This document shows positions 50,242-60,181 of a stretch of 64,000 nt of DNA, in pieces (within the stretch, counting starts at the first letter, position 1; each line of letters begins with the position of its first letter). Under the pieces are notes generated by a model. The model was not told the origin of the DNA and searched no databases. It saw only the letters and a list, made by a program, of their open reading frames with translations. Source of the DNA: an uncultured Rhodopirellula sp. GTDB taxonomy: Bacteria > Planctomycetota > Planctomycetia > Pirellulales > Pirellulaceae. The stretch spans positions 62,001 to 126,000 of the forward strand of contig CAXGAI010000006.1 in assembly GCA_964007735.1 (NCBI GenBank), read 5' to 3'. Position numbers and translations under genes: made by a program.

Positions 50242-53200
50242 ATGTCAGATACATCCGTGTCACCCAAAGTTAATTCTCTTAAAACCCCTGAATTGATCGC
50301 ACTGATATGCTTTGTTCTTTCGGGATTTGCTGCACTTGTTTACGAAATCAGCTGGATTAGAAAAGCCAGTGTCATCGTAGGGGGTACAACGTATGCCGTG
50401 AGCACCGTTCTCGCAGTATTCTTCGCTGGTCTCGCCATTGGTAGCCATCTCTTTGGAAAGCGTACCAAACAACAGACCGAACCAATCAAACTATACGGCA
50501 AGCTCGAAATCGGGGTCGGCATCCTGTGCATCGCCAGCGTCTTTCTACTACCGGTTATCGATTCCGTTTACACGTTGCTTTACGATTCAATTCGCAGCTC
50601 ACTGCTAACCTCCCTGCTGTTGAGAGCCGGGCTTGTAAGTATTTGCCTATTACCGCCGACGATCCTCATGGGGGCCACCCTCCCACTTTTCTGTCGACAG
50701 TTTGTCCGCCACCAAAACGGCGTACTCAATTCGGTGAGCTGGCTATATGCCCTGAATACTCTGGGAGCAACCATTGGTGCTGCACTCTGTGGGTTCATTT
50801 TACTACCGACGCTTGGGATCAACACTTCCATTTTTCTGGCCGGGACTATCAACATTGCGATAGGTATCGCGATTCAGACTCTAAAGCTTCCCGACACAGT
50901 CGGCGAAGACGACGTAAGTAAATCTCAATCGCAGGAAACCGAAGCCCGCGAAAAATCAAAAACCATGGGATGGATCTTTGCCTTAGCAGGATTTGCAACA
51001 CTCGGTAATGAAGTAGTGTGGACTAGATTTTTAACGCTGCTGATCGACAACAACGTCTACACCTACACGCTGACACTTACTGTCATCCTGTTAGGCATTG
51101 CGCTTGGCAGTCTCTTTGCAACAAGGATCAGGCCTGACTTCAAACGAAATACCTTCCTGTTTGGTGCCCTGCAGATTCTTAGTGGTCTGATTACTTTCGG
51201 AATCATTATGGCACCCGCCGAAATCGTTTGGATTAACTTCATGGAACAAGTCGGTACCGGTTTACTTAGCCAACAATTAATCCTCATCGGAATCATCATG
51301 CTGATTCCGTCAATCATGGCCGGGATGGCATTTCCCATCGGGATTCGTTTAGCAAGCTCCAGTACTAGTGGTATCGGAGCAGAAGTCGGCCGACTTTCAG
51401 CGTTAAATACGTTTGGGGGCATCGCTGGCTCGCTGCTGATCGGATTCCTTATCCTACCTCGCCTTGGTCTGGAAAACGCGGTTGCTTTGACCAGCGTTTG
51501 CAGCGTTGCAGCAGGATTCCTAGTTTGGGCAAAACTGGAACGCGGACGACTTTTAGAAAATCGCGTCGCTTGGATTTTGTTGGTTGCCTTGGCATTCGTC
51601 GGTATTCGCATGTCAAGCAACAGCATGTTCATTCAACGAACTCGGATTCCTTTTGACATGTTAAGCCAGGGACGTCAAATCCCAACGCTTGATGGCACTA
51701 ACCTAGCGCTTATCGAAGGAGTCAACTCCTTCATTACGGTTGTAGAGAACGACGACCTGTTCGAGTTGCACATTGACAAACAATGGCAAGGAAACTCGAA
51801 ACGGACTCAGCAGTTTATGGCGGGACATATTCCAACCCTGGTTCATGGAAACCCCAAGAGTATCTGCGTCGTTGGACTCGGGACGGGCCAGACCGCTCAG
51901 CGTTTCCTAATGCACGACATTGAGGAATTGCATCTGGTGGAGATTGAAGCTGAGTTAGAACCACTGCTCATACGCTTCTTTAACGGCGACTGGTTGACAG
52001 AAGGTAGTCCCGCCCGACTAAACACTGACATCCAAATGATTGTAGAAGACGGACGTAATTACCTGACACATACGGAGAAACAATATGACGTCATCTCCAT
52101 TGAAGTGGGGCAGGTATTCCGCCCCGGAGTAACCAGTTTCTACACTCACGAGTTTTACGAAGGCGCTCGCGAGCGTCTCCATGAAGGCGGGGTGCTTTCC
52201 CAGTTTGTCCCTCTGGAATTTCTGGCAAAACCTGAATTCCAATCAGTGGTGGCAACTTTTCTCAAAACATTTCCCAACTCACAGCTCTGGTATAACACCT
52301 CTGAACTATTACTACTCGGGATCAACGGCGACGAAACGGCAACGTTTTCGCGTGCTGAAATCACTGAACAGTTTGATTCCGAGGCCCACCCAGTCTTCAT
52401 GGACGATCTACGATATCGTCACTGGGGTGGTGGTGAGCATCAGCTCGCCAATCCAGTCACATTCCTGTCATGTTTTCTGGCCAACGGCTCTAACCTCCAG
52501 CAAATGATAAGCAATCCCGGGGGAGAGCCTGCGAGTATTTTATATGACGATAAGCCACGCCTTGAATATCGAACCAATGCGTCACTCGACTTCCATCGTC
52601 CGGTACTGAAAACGATTCGAAACAACCTCACCCCCATCACCGACATCATTCCGGATCTCTCTAATGCCTTAACCGGTAGATGTCAGGTCACTCGCCAACT
52701 CAACCTGGCTCATGTTGAAGCGAAAGCATACAGCGATGCTTCCAAAGCCAAATTTACTTTCAAACAATACGATGACGCTCTGGCATATTTAAAACATGCT
52801 TTGACATTGAACCCCAACTATGCCGAAGCTAACTACGACCTAGCATTAATGCTGCAACGTATTTTTGCAATCAAAGTCGACTCTGGTGAAATAAAAGATC
52901 AGAGCGGGATGGACAAATATCTAAACGACGCTCGGGCATTTATGTTTCGCACAACCGAAATCGACAATGATCACTGGAAAGCACACTCGGCGATGGCTGA
53001 TGTAACGCTTGAAGAAGGCAACATTCTGGCCTGCGTCTATCATCTCGAACAGTGTGTACGCGTAACCATGGGGGCTCCTGTGGGAGAAGATATCCTCAAC
53101 TCGCACCCGGACAACCTTGAATCATTAATTTTCCTTTCAACCATCTACGCAATGTCACCGGATGCCGAATTGCAAAATCCTGAAAAAGCCCTCCAACTGG

Positions 53201-53595
53201 TCGAAGCTGGCATTCAGGCCGTCGAAGTGTCCGCCATTCAAAAGGCCCAGTTAATTTCTACTCAGGCAGCGGCCCAGGCGATGCTCGGCGATTTCAATAC
53301 TGCTCAGCAACTCATTAACAGTTCGACCAATATGATTGATAACTTCATCAAAGAAGTTGCATTGCTACAGGGCATCAGTCCTGCCGAAGCAGGACGGGGT
53401 TACGAAGAATTCCTGACAGACCTAACACTTCGTTTAGGCTTTTACGCCCAAGGAAAGTTGTACTTCAACAACACCTTTGCACTTCCACGTCAGGCACCAG
53501 TTCAAGAAAACCCACTGGATTTGAATAACCTCCAGGTGCCCGTATTACCCGGCGGTGCCGATTTAAATAGCGGGCAGGAAGCTGCCAACGAATAA
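50242..53595 (+). CDS. Fused MFS-like membrane domain / spermidine-synthase-like domain with C-terminal TPR-like region
   Basis: SGFAALVYEISW, LMGATLP, LYALNTLG, VVGLGTG, VEIE, EDGRNYL, YDVI, YTHEFY; TPR-like LKHALTLNPNYAEANYDLA. Confidence 0.85.
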   Translation: MSDTSVSPKVNSLKTPELIALICFVLSGFAALVYEISWIRKASVIVGGTTYAVSTVLAVFFAGLAIGSHLFGKRTKQQTEPIKLYGKLEIGVGILCIASVFLLPVIDSVYTLLYDSIRSSLLTSLLLRAGLVSICLLPPTILMGATLPLFCRQFVRHQNGVLNSVSWLYALNTLGATIGAALCGFILLPTLGINTSIFLAGTINIAIGIAIQTLKLPDTVGEDDVSKSQSQETEAREKSKTMGWIFALAGFATLGNEVVWTRFLTLLIDNNVYTYTLTLTVILLGIALGSLFATRIRPDFKRNTFLFGALQILSGLITFGIIMAPAEIVWINFMEQVGTGLLSQQLILIGIIMLIPSIMAGMAFPIGIRLASSSTSGIGAEVGRLSALNTFGGIAGSLLIGFLILPRLGLENAVALTSVCSVAAGFLVWAKLERGRLLENRVAWILLVALAFVGIRMSSNSMFIQRTRIPFDMLSQGRQIPTLDGTNLALIEGVNSFITVVENDDLFELHIDKQWQGNSKRTQQFMAGHIPTLVHGNPKSICVVGLGTGQTAQRFLMHDIEELHLVEIEAELEPLLIRFFNGDWLTEGSPARLNTDIQMIVEDGRNYLTHTEKQYDVISIEVGQVFRPGVTSFYTHEFYEGARERLHEGGVLSQFVPLEFLAKPEFQSVVATFLKTFPNSQLWYNTSELLLLGINGDETATFSRAEITEQFDSEAHPVFMDDLRYRHWGGGEHQLANPVTFLSCFLANGSNLQQMISNPGGEPASILYDDKPRLEYRTNASLDFHRPVLKTIRNNLTPITDIIPDLSNALTGRCQVTRQLNLAHVEAKAYSDASKAKFTFKQYDDALAYLKHALTLNPNYAEANYDLALMLQRIFAIKVDSGEIKDQSGMDKYLNDARAFMFRTTEIDNDHWKAHSAMADVTLEEGNILACVYHLEQCVRVTMGAPVGEDILNSHPDNLESLIFLSTIYAMSPDAELQNPEKALQLVEAGIQAVEVSAIQKAQLISTQAAAQAMLGDFNTAQQLINSSTNMIDNFIKEVALLQGISPAEAGRGYEEFLTDLTLRLGFYAQGKLYFNNTFALPRQAPVQENPLDLNNLQVPVLPGGADLNSGQEAANE

Positions 53596-53601
53596 GCCTG
53601 A

Positions 53602-54534
53602 TCAGCGTTGGTCTTCCATTTGTTGAATCCGACCGCCTTCGCTCACGATCGCCGGGGCTTGAGGATCCTCATCGATAAGGTCGCTATTCTTTAGCTTTGT
53701 TTCACTGAAGCCTTCCGTTCGAAGCTGAGCTTTGCCGTTATTTCCAACAAGACACGCTTCAATCGTCACGCGTGACGCTCCACCAACACTAATCCCGCTA
53801 CGTCCATTCCCCCGTGCCGTGATACCCAACAACGTTGCTCCGAATACATTGTCGTGAGCGTTGATACCATCCAATTGAAATCCCTGAACAACGAACCCCT
53901 GAACAATGACATGACGACAATTCACAAGTGTTATTCCAACACGACGAGTGTTATAGGTTAGATCATACTCGCGCGGTAATTTCTTTTGGTTTGCTCGAAA
54001 ATAAATACGTCGGTTTAATAGACACCATTGCTCCTCTGCCAACGCCGGTACATCACTTGCATCAGCCTCTAGCACAACACGTTCAGCGGGCTTATTGCCG
54101 AGATAGAGAATCGTGTAAGGGGAAGGGGCTGGCGTGCTATAAGTATTGTCTGAAATTAATTCCCAGTCATCTTTGGGGACTTCTGTTCTGCCATCAAGTA
54201 CCACACCCTCGCCGATAATCTTGAAGTGTTTTCCCACTAGCCCGCTGTTACTACCGCCCTGCAAAGAAATACTTTCCCGATAGGGATCCGTGGTCTTCGC
54301 AACGTGGATAGTATCCCCTTTCGCGGCGAGTTGAATCGCTCGCGAAATCGTACGAACCGGCCCGCTCTTGCTATCGTTTCCATTGGGCGAACGGCCATTC
54401 TGACTGTCACTACCACCAACATTATTGACATACAAATCCTTGGCTTCGGCTATCGAAACAAAGAACAAAGTCAGGCAAAGGCAACTGACAAGACATCGTG
54501 ATTTTTGTAGCCACATGGTTCTGCTATCCATCAT
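53602..54534 (-). CDS. Exported right-handed parallel beta-helix protein (pectate-lyase-like fold)
   Basis: Signal peptide, LYVNNVGGSD..NG, GPVRTISRAI...GDTI...YRE, DGINAH, NGRSGISVGG. Confidence 0.75.
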   Translation of the reverse strand: MMDSRTMWLQKSRCLVSCLCLTLFFVSIAEAKDLYVNNVGGSDSQNGRSPNGNDSKSGPVRTISRAIQLAAKGDTIHVAKTTDPYRESISLQGGSNSGLVGKHFKIIGEGVVLDGRTEVPKDDWELISDNTYSTPAPSPYTILYLGNKPAERVVLEADASDVPALAEEQWCLLNRRIYFRANQKKLPREYDLTYNTRRVGITLVNCRHVIVQGFVVQGFQLDGINAHDNVFGATLLGITARGNGRSGISVGGASRVTIEACLVGNNGKAQLRTEGFSETKLKNSDLIDEDPQAPAIVSEGGRIQQMEDQR

Positions 54535-54661
54535 TCACCCGGATTTCCGGAGCTGACAAAGAAGTTCAATACAGAATTGTGAGAAAAAAAGGTGGATAAG
54601 AGAAGAGCAATCGTGCAACTTAGTTACTCTCGCTAAGCCTAAACGGTAGCAAAGGTCACCC

Positions 54662-55678
54662 TTATTCTACGGCAGGCGACAGTGCTTCGAGCTCTTTCTT
54701 ACTATTGAAATAGTAAACGACACCGATCAATGCATTGATGATGGTGACTAACCGAAAGCCTAAAGCCACAGCTAATCCAGAACCGGCATCATATCCGCCT
54801 TCCACATACATCTTCGAAAACATCACTTCAAAGGCACCGATCCCCCCCGGCAAGGGAACAGAAGCCGCAAGATTCGACATCGGTGAAATAACCAGATGTT
54901 GTACGAAATTGGGATGAGCCACACTAAGGCCCATCGCGATCACAAACACACTCAAAGCGAACAAACAATGGACAATCGTCGTTAGCAATGTAAGACCGAT
55001 TAATAACATCGGTTGGCTACGGTATGTGTAGATAGCAAAGGTTAGTTTCTTGAGCGTACCACCAACTCGAGGAATCTGCTCCAACTTGTTTTGCACGGCA
55101 GCCCCGGTAAGCGCGGGTAAGAATATCAGTAATAGTCCGACAATAGCTCCGGCAATAGAAATTGCCAGTGAAACTTCAGCAATCTTTTGCAGGGCTGCCG
55201 CTGTTTCCACAGCTCCGTCTACAGCCCGACTTCCAGCAAAAGAAGCTATCGCACAAACCACGGTCAATGCATAAAGTCCCATCACGCGATCAAGCAAAAC
55301 CGATGAAACGACTTCGGGCTTTTTATCCGGTCGTTCACGGGAAATAAAAATCGCTTTAATCGCGTCTCCACCGACAACACCTAATGACAGGAAGTTCGAA
55401 AAGTATCCGATAAATCCCAGTCGAAAGGCATCTTTCAATTTGAATTGAATATCCAGTGCACGAACGAGAAAGAACCAGCGAATAAAGGTAAGAGATAAGC
55501 CAGCGAGTGCCACCATCAGACCGAGCAGTAAATAAGCGGCATTCCAATTTTTGCGATTCTCCCAAACAGACTTAAAACTATCGGAATCTTTACCGGTTAA
55601 AACCTGATAAATAAGAAAGGCGACGATCCCCAAAGCAATCGTGTATTTGGCCAACGCAACCAGAGTTTTCTTGTTCAC
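54662..55678 (-). CDS. Lysylphosphatidylglycerol-synthase TM / YbhN-family membrane protein
   Basis: RW..LV, IGYF.N, GGDAIKA, LLDRVMGL, PLPGGIGAFE, multiple TM helices. Confidence 0.85.
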   Translation of the reverse strand: MNKKTLVALAKYTIALGIVAFLIYQVLTGKDSDSFKSVWENRKNWNAAYLLLGLMVALAGLSLTFIRWFFLVRALDIQFKLKDAFRLGFIGYFSNFLSLGVVGGDAIKAIFISRERPDKKPEVVSSVLLDRVMGLYALTVVCAIASFAGSRAVDGAVETAAALQKIAEVSLAISIAGAIVGLLLIFLPALTGAAVQNKLEQIPRVGGTLKKLTFAIYTYRSQPMLLIGLTLLTTIVHCLFALSVFVIAMGLSVAHPNFVQHLVISPMSNLAASVPLPGGIGAFEVMFSKMYVEGGYDAGSGLAVALGFRLVTIINALIGVVYYFNSKKELEALSPAVE

Positions 55679-55722
55679 AGGATTATCCGTTTTATTGGGA
55701 AAGCTGGATCGATGAGAGGTGG

Positions 55723-55751
55723 TTGACAGGGGGGACCACCATAGTTAGTTT
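55723..55751 (+). promoter_or_regulatory. Sigma70-type promoter for tRNA-Ala
   Basis: TTGACA-N17-TAGTTT about 60 bp upstream of the tRNA. Confidence 0.6.
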
Positions 55752-55812
55752 CAAATATTCACGTACCTGTTTGGATGTTTCGGCATTCTACCCATGTGTA
55801 GTTTATTCAAAC

Positions 55813-55885
55813 GGGGGATTAGCTCAGTTGGGAGAGCGTTTGGCTGGCAGCCAAAAGGTCAGGGGTTCGAGTCCCCTATCCTCCA
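55813..55885 (+). tRNA. tRNA-Ala (GGC), CCA not encoded
   Basis: Acceptor stem GGGGGAT/ATCCTCC with G3:U70, discriminator A73, D-arm GCTC/GAGC, anticodon arm TTTGG-CTGGCAG-CCAAA, T-arm AGGGG-TTCGAGT-CCCCT. Confidence 0.97.
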
Positions 55886-55892
55886 CTGGAAG

Positions 55893-55938
55893 AAAAAACG
55901 CCCGAGTAAGGCTTAAATAGCGACTCGGGCGTTTTTTT
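55893..55938 (+). terminator. Rho-independent terminator after the tRNA
   Basis: AAAAAACGCCCGAGT...ACTCGGGCGTTTTTTT. Confidence 0.85.
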
Positions 55939-56060
55939 GTCTGAGTCGAAATTAAACCCTTTACTATCGCTCAGCGACATTTAGATTGAATTACGATTCA
56001 AAATCAGGCTACAATCACGACTTATAAAAAATACCGTTCAAAAAACTCCGGAGTTAAACG

Positions 56061-57458
56061 ATGCGTAATTTTGCCCTGCTCTGCATCATGATGTTTTTAC
56101 AGTTCTTTATCTGGGGAGCCTGGTATGTCACAGCGCCTAATTTCCTGACGACGATTGGATTTGACGCAAACGATATTGGCTGGACCTACGCGGCGGGACC
56201 CGTCGCTGGGATTATCGCTCCACTTTTTGTCGGCATGGTTGCCGATCGATTTATGGCCGCTCAAAAAGTACTAGGTTTCATGCATCTGCTCGGGGGTGGA
56301 TTAATGTACTACGCGACGATGCAAATGGAAAATGGTGCTAGCCCGGATGCAATTAATATCATCTTCTTTGTTTATATGGTGACCTACTTTCCCACACTGG
56401 CGTTATCCAATACTGTGGCGATGAAGAACATGAGCGATTCAGAAAAGGATTTCCCGAAAATCCGAGTCTTCGGAACGCTTGGCTGGATCGCAGCAGCTTT
56501 CGCCCTAACCCTCTTAGATTATGAAACAAATATCAACATGTTTTATATGACATGTGTGGCAGCACTCTCGTTGGGAGTAATTAGCTTTGTTCTGCCAAAT
56601 ACCCCTGCCAACTCCGATTCGGAAGCGACACTTAACCAATTACTTGGCCTAGATGCACTGGCGTTGCTGAAGGACAAAGCCTACCTGATATTTATGGTCT
56701 CTTCCATTCTGATTTGTATCCCGCTTGCCTTCTATTACCAAATTGCCAGTCGTGTCGTGGAAATGGCAGAGTTGCCAATCGCCGTGACGATGTCCTATGG
56801 ACAATGGTCAGAAGTTATTTTCATGCTCTGCATCCCATTCTTTTTCGCTCGTTTGGGTGTGAAGAAAATGTTAGCGGTCGGCATGGGAGTCTGGGCATTG
56901 CGTTATGCCCTGTTTGCTATCGGCGCTCCTAATCAAACAAGTGTCTTAATCGTACTTGGTGTTATTGTTCACGGCATTTGTTACGACTTCTTCTTTGTCA
57001 CCGGCCAAATTTATACTGACAAGAAAGCTCCTGAGCCAATTCGAGCTCAGGCTCAAGGCTTACTCGTCATGCTCACACTCGGTGTAGGTATGTTTGTTGG
57101 TGCTAAAGTAGCCGGTTATGTCGAAAGTTACTGTACTCCGGAAACCTTTGCCGCTCTGGAAAGAACCGTCGAAATGTCGGATGAAGAGTATGAAGCTGCT
57201 ACGAAACTACATGAGCTAAGACAAATTGACTGGGAAAAACTATGGACAATTCCAGCTGTCTTTGCGGGCGCAGTTCTCGCCTTTTTCCTCGTCGCATTCA
57301 AGGACGATCCTGCCAATGAATCCGAATACGCCTCCAATACAGACGTTGACGATTCTGACGCAGACCCTTACCAAACTGCCTCAGCAGCACTTGAAACGGT
57401 CGCTGCAGAAGGTGAGGCGTGCAGTACCGATGGTGACTGTGATACGGGCAGCAGTTGA
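56061..57458 (+). CDS. MFS nucleoside:H+ symporter family permease (NupG/XapB/YegT-like)
   Basis: MMFLQFFIWGAW, GMVADRF, FPKIRVFGTLGWI, GQWSEV.FM, HGICYDFFFVTGQIYTD, RAQAQGL. Confidence 0.92.
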   Translation: MRNFALLCIMMFLQFFIWGAWYVTAPNFLTTIGFDANDIGWTYAAGPVAGIIAPLFVGMVADRFMAAQKVLGFMHLLGGGLMYYATMQMENGASPDAINIIFFVYMVTYFPTLALSNTVAMKNMSDSEKDFPKIRVFGTLGWIAAAFALTLLDYETNINMFYMTCVAALSLGVISFVLPNTPANSDSEATLNQLLGLDALALLKDKAYLIFMVSSILICIPLAFYYQIASRVVEMAELPIAVTMSYGQWSEVIFMLCIPFFFARLGVKKMLAVGMGVWALRYALFAIGAPNQTSVLIVLGVIVHGICYDFFFVTGQIYTDKKAPEPIRAQAQGLLVMLTLGVGMFVGAKVAGYVESYCTPETFAALERTVEMSDEEYEAATKLHELRQIDWEKLWTIPAVFAGAVLAFFLVAFKDDPANESEYASNTDVDDSDADPYQTASAALETVAAEGEACSTDGDCDTGSS

Positions 57459-57505
57459 GACTAAGTGCTACGCCTTGAGGTCTCAAGGCTAAAAGCGAAT
57501 ACGGG

Positions 57506-57536
57506 GAGCCATGGTCTTGAGACCATGGCTCTTTTT
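57506..57536 (+). terminator. Rho-independent terminator
   Basis: GAGCCATGGTC-TTGA-GACCATGGCTC-TTTTT. Confidence 0.8.
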
Positions 57537-57560
57537 GCTATTGCTAATTTATTGATCGCA

Positions 57561-58775
57561 TTAAGGAGAACTTGCGACCTTCTCACCTGGAGTTTGTTCC
57601 GGAGCAATAATAATAAACAGCTCTACTTGATCGTCGATCCGATTCGTTTTGTAAAAAGATTCCCCGAGCAGAGGCAAATCTGACAGCAAGGGCAGGTTTT
57701 CTTTCTCACGAATCACTCGATCCATCGGCATACCATATAACATCAAAGATTCGCCTTCGGCCAGGTCAATCAACAAATCGTGCTGATGCGTTCGAATACC
57801 AGGCAGGGTTACTGAATCCAGCCTCACAGCCTTGGTAACGTCAATCTGGTTAATGCGTGGCTGAACCCCTAATCTCAACTTACCGTTTATCAGACGCGTC
57901 GGTAATACCTGCATCCGTACACCCCATTGCTGCAATCGAACTTTTCCTTCGGTGCGTCCTGCCGCCACAACCAATGGCAATTGCCCACCTGTCTCAAAGG
58001 ACGCTCGACGCCCTTCCACAGTGGAGATAAGAGGTGTTGCAATTTTACGAAGAACCTTCTTGTCATAAGCCGCTTGAAGAAAATCGGCAACCTCTCCGTG
58101 AGTGGATAAAACCTGATGCTGCATTTGGCCTGTTTTACTTTTTCCCAGGGGCCACTTCAACGAATGCTTTGCCAGATCATAATGAGAAATCTCGAAGATC
58201 GATGCCCGAAGCTTCACCGGTTCAGGCTCTACGTCCGGGTTGCGAATCAGCTTCAGATTGTTAATCACACGCGGAAAGAATTGTTTGGCGACGGACTCCA
58301 AATTCTCCCTCAGTTCCCCTGTCTTGACGTTTCCGGAAAGCAAGACACTTCCGGCAAGCTGTCGTACCGTGACCTCCTGATCGGCGAACTCCTCTTTGAA
58401 CACTTTTTTCAATTCAGCAATCGGAGCGTGGATCAGGACTTCGTATGTCTGAGTGTTACCGCCCTGTCCCCAAACGTTAACACGTGTTTTACCAGACTTC
58501 AGTGCACGTAAACGAAGCTTACTGGGAGTGACTGGCTCGAGCTTCAAAAGAGAATCGTCTGCCAAAAACACACGCGTCACGTCGAATGGCCAACTCAAAA
58601 CTCGTTGTTCATTCATTTCCATCTCAACCTGCACCGCTGGCATCACCGACTTCACACCGGCTTCCGGAAGAGCAAATCCCTGTGGCTCTTCTTTTTGCTG
58701 CGCCTGCGCAAACGTTGCTAACCAAAGGGCTAACAGCGAGGCTAAAGGCAGTGAGTTATGAAATCTGTTTTTCAT
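57561..58775 (-). CDS. cpaC: Flp/Tad pilus secretin, CpaC/RcpA-like
   Basis: Signal peptide from ATG 58775; pilus N-domain (GKTRVNVW), BON-like SVLLSGNV...VINNL, secretin motifs GRRASFETGGQLP and PLLSDLPLLGESF. Confidence 0.8.
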   Translation of the reverse strand: MKNRFHNSLPLASLLALWLATFAQAQQKEEPQGFALPEAGVKSVMPAVQVEMEMNEQRVLSWPFDVTRVFLADDSLLKLEPVTPSKLRLRALKSGKTRVNVWGQGGNTQTYEVLIHAPIAELKKVFKEEFADQEVTVRQLAGSVLLSGNVKTGELRENLESVAKQFFPRVINNLKLIRNPDVEPEPVKLRASIFEISHYDLAKHSLKWPLGKSKTGQMQHQVLSTHGEVADFLQAAYDKKVLRKIATPLISTVEGRRASFETGGQLPLVVAAGRTEGKVRLQQWGVRMQVLPTRLINGKLRLGVQPRINQIDVTKAVRLDSVTLPGIRTHQHDLLIDLAEGESLMLYGMPMDRVIREKENLPLLSDLPLLGESFYKTNRIDDQVELFIIIAPEQTPGEKVASSP

Positions 58776-58797
58776 TGAATGTCTATTCCTTGGGATA

Positions 58798-59949
58798 TCA
58801 TTTCTGCAATGCGATCTTCGCGGGTTCACCGTCTGAGTTTTGACTCGTTTTAGTCTCCTGATTTTCATCCGCGATGATTACTGGCTCGCTATCCCTAGTC
58901 TTCCAAACATAACGAACCACTCCATCCGGTGTTATCACTTCCATCTCTCGATAGTTCTTTTCGACTTCGGGCTGAGTTATCGCGTTAGCCGGTGTTACAT
59001 TGGGATTGTTTTGCTCGACTTCATCCATACGATCGGTGATCTTTTTCGCAACCTGCTCGGCAACCTGTTCAGTCACTTGCTGAGCTACCTGATTTGCTAA
59101 CGCTTCCAATTGTTCGTCGCGATTCGTCGTTCCTAACTTTGTTTCAGAAACCTGGCTCGGGAATTCATTCTGAACGACAGCCTGCTCCGTCATGGGTGGA
59201 TTTTCTGTAGTTGGCTCTTGTTGAATCTCAACTTCCACCACCAGTGATTCTTTGATCGAATCTAACGTATGGATCATGCCGGAAGGAAAATCACCTTCCT
59301 TGGCCGCACCTGTTAGACTTAAATGCAAATTGCCATTATTCATAGCTACCAGAATTGGCTCGACAAGTTCTGATTTAACAAGCAAAGTTAGATTGGCTTC
59401 TAACGTCTCGGGCACAGGAGATTCCTGGATCCCCATCACCTGACAATTGCTTGCCAAACGGGTAATTCCCAGCGTATCGCTTCCCTCGGAGGATACAATT
59501 CCGGACACATCAACATTACAACCTGACTCCATTAAGCCCACTAAGAGTGGATCGAGATGGCTCTCAACCGTCACTGTACTGTATCCAGGCATCAGGGTCT
59601 CCACGGCCACCTGATTTGTTTCCTGCAATACTTGCGTAGTAATCGGATCACCCACTATCAATCGTTTGGCTGCAAATTGGCCTTTGATTACCTGCAGGTC
59701 CATCACGGGTTTTTCATCGGCGAGCTGAGTTTCTGCCACTTCCATAATCCGGAGTTTTGTTAAATCAAATTGCTCCCCGGCATCCATATCAATGGCTGCT
59801 GCATAGACTCTGTGAGTGTTAACAATTTCTTTAGCTTGAGGCTCTGGCTTTTCTTTACTAACGCCAATGGCACAGACGAGTCCAATTGCCAGAGCTCCAA
59901 CCAGCAAGACATATTTTTTTATTCGAGCTAACAAGGTGATTATTCCCAA
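58798..59949 (-). CDS. cpaB: Flp pilus assembly protein CpaB/RcpC-like (SAF domain) with C-terminal extension
   Basis: N-terminal TM; VYAAAIDMDAGE...G.FA...L..GDPI (SAF); PGY..VTV, G..VDV, LTLLV...L.LSL; adjacent to cpaC. Confidence 0.72.
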   Translation of the reverse strand: MGIITLLARIKKYVLLVGALAIGLVCAIGVSKEKPEPQAKEIVNTHRVYAAAIDMDAGEQFDLTKLRIMEVAETQLADEKPVMDLQVIKGQFAAKRLIVGDPITTQVLQETNQVAVETLMPGYSTVTVESHLDPLLVGLMESGCNVDVSGIVSSEGSDTLGITRLASNCQVMGIQESPVPETLEANLTLLVKSELVEPILVAMNNGNLHLSLTGAAKEGDFPSGMIHTLDSIKESLVVEVEIQQEPTTENPPMTEQAVVQNEFPSQVSETKLGTTNRDEQLEALANQVAQQVTEQVAEQVAKKITDRMDEVEQNNPNVTPANAITQPEVEKNYREMEVITPDGVVRYVWKTRDSEPVIIADENQETKTSQNSDGEPAKIALQK

Positions 59950-60181
59950 TTTCGAACGATTTCAGCACAGCCAATAGACTACAAAGCGCAGCCTATAGCG
60001 CTATGACTTATCGTTTTCTTCGGAATAATCCCCATACTCGCGTTACGATTATGCCGTAAAAAAAGGATTTTCCGGCATAGGTTACCTATTTCAACAGGCT
60101 AACGATGTAATTCACCCCCAATAAGGGGCGTACGTTAGAATTTCTCCGACAAGCCGGGAAGCGCCTGTGAATTTGCAAAGA

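Noticed and set aside
55723..55920. 65-aa ORF
   Set aside because: It spans the tRNA-Ala gene and its promoter, so it is spurious.
55813..60000. tRNA-anchored genomic island
   Set aside because: I found no integrase, no duplicated tRNA 3' end and no obvious compositional shift.
59950..60181. c-di-GMP riboswitch or small flp pilin gene upstream of cpaB
   Set aside because: There is only a 7-bp inverted repeat (TATGCCG/CGGCATA). I found no GEMM-like motif and no pilin ORF with a G|xxxxEY motif.
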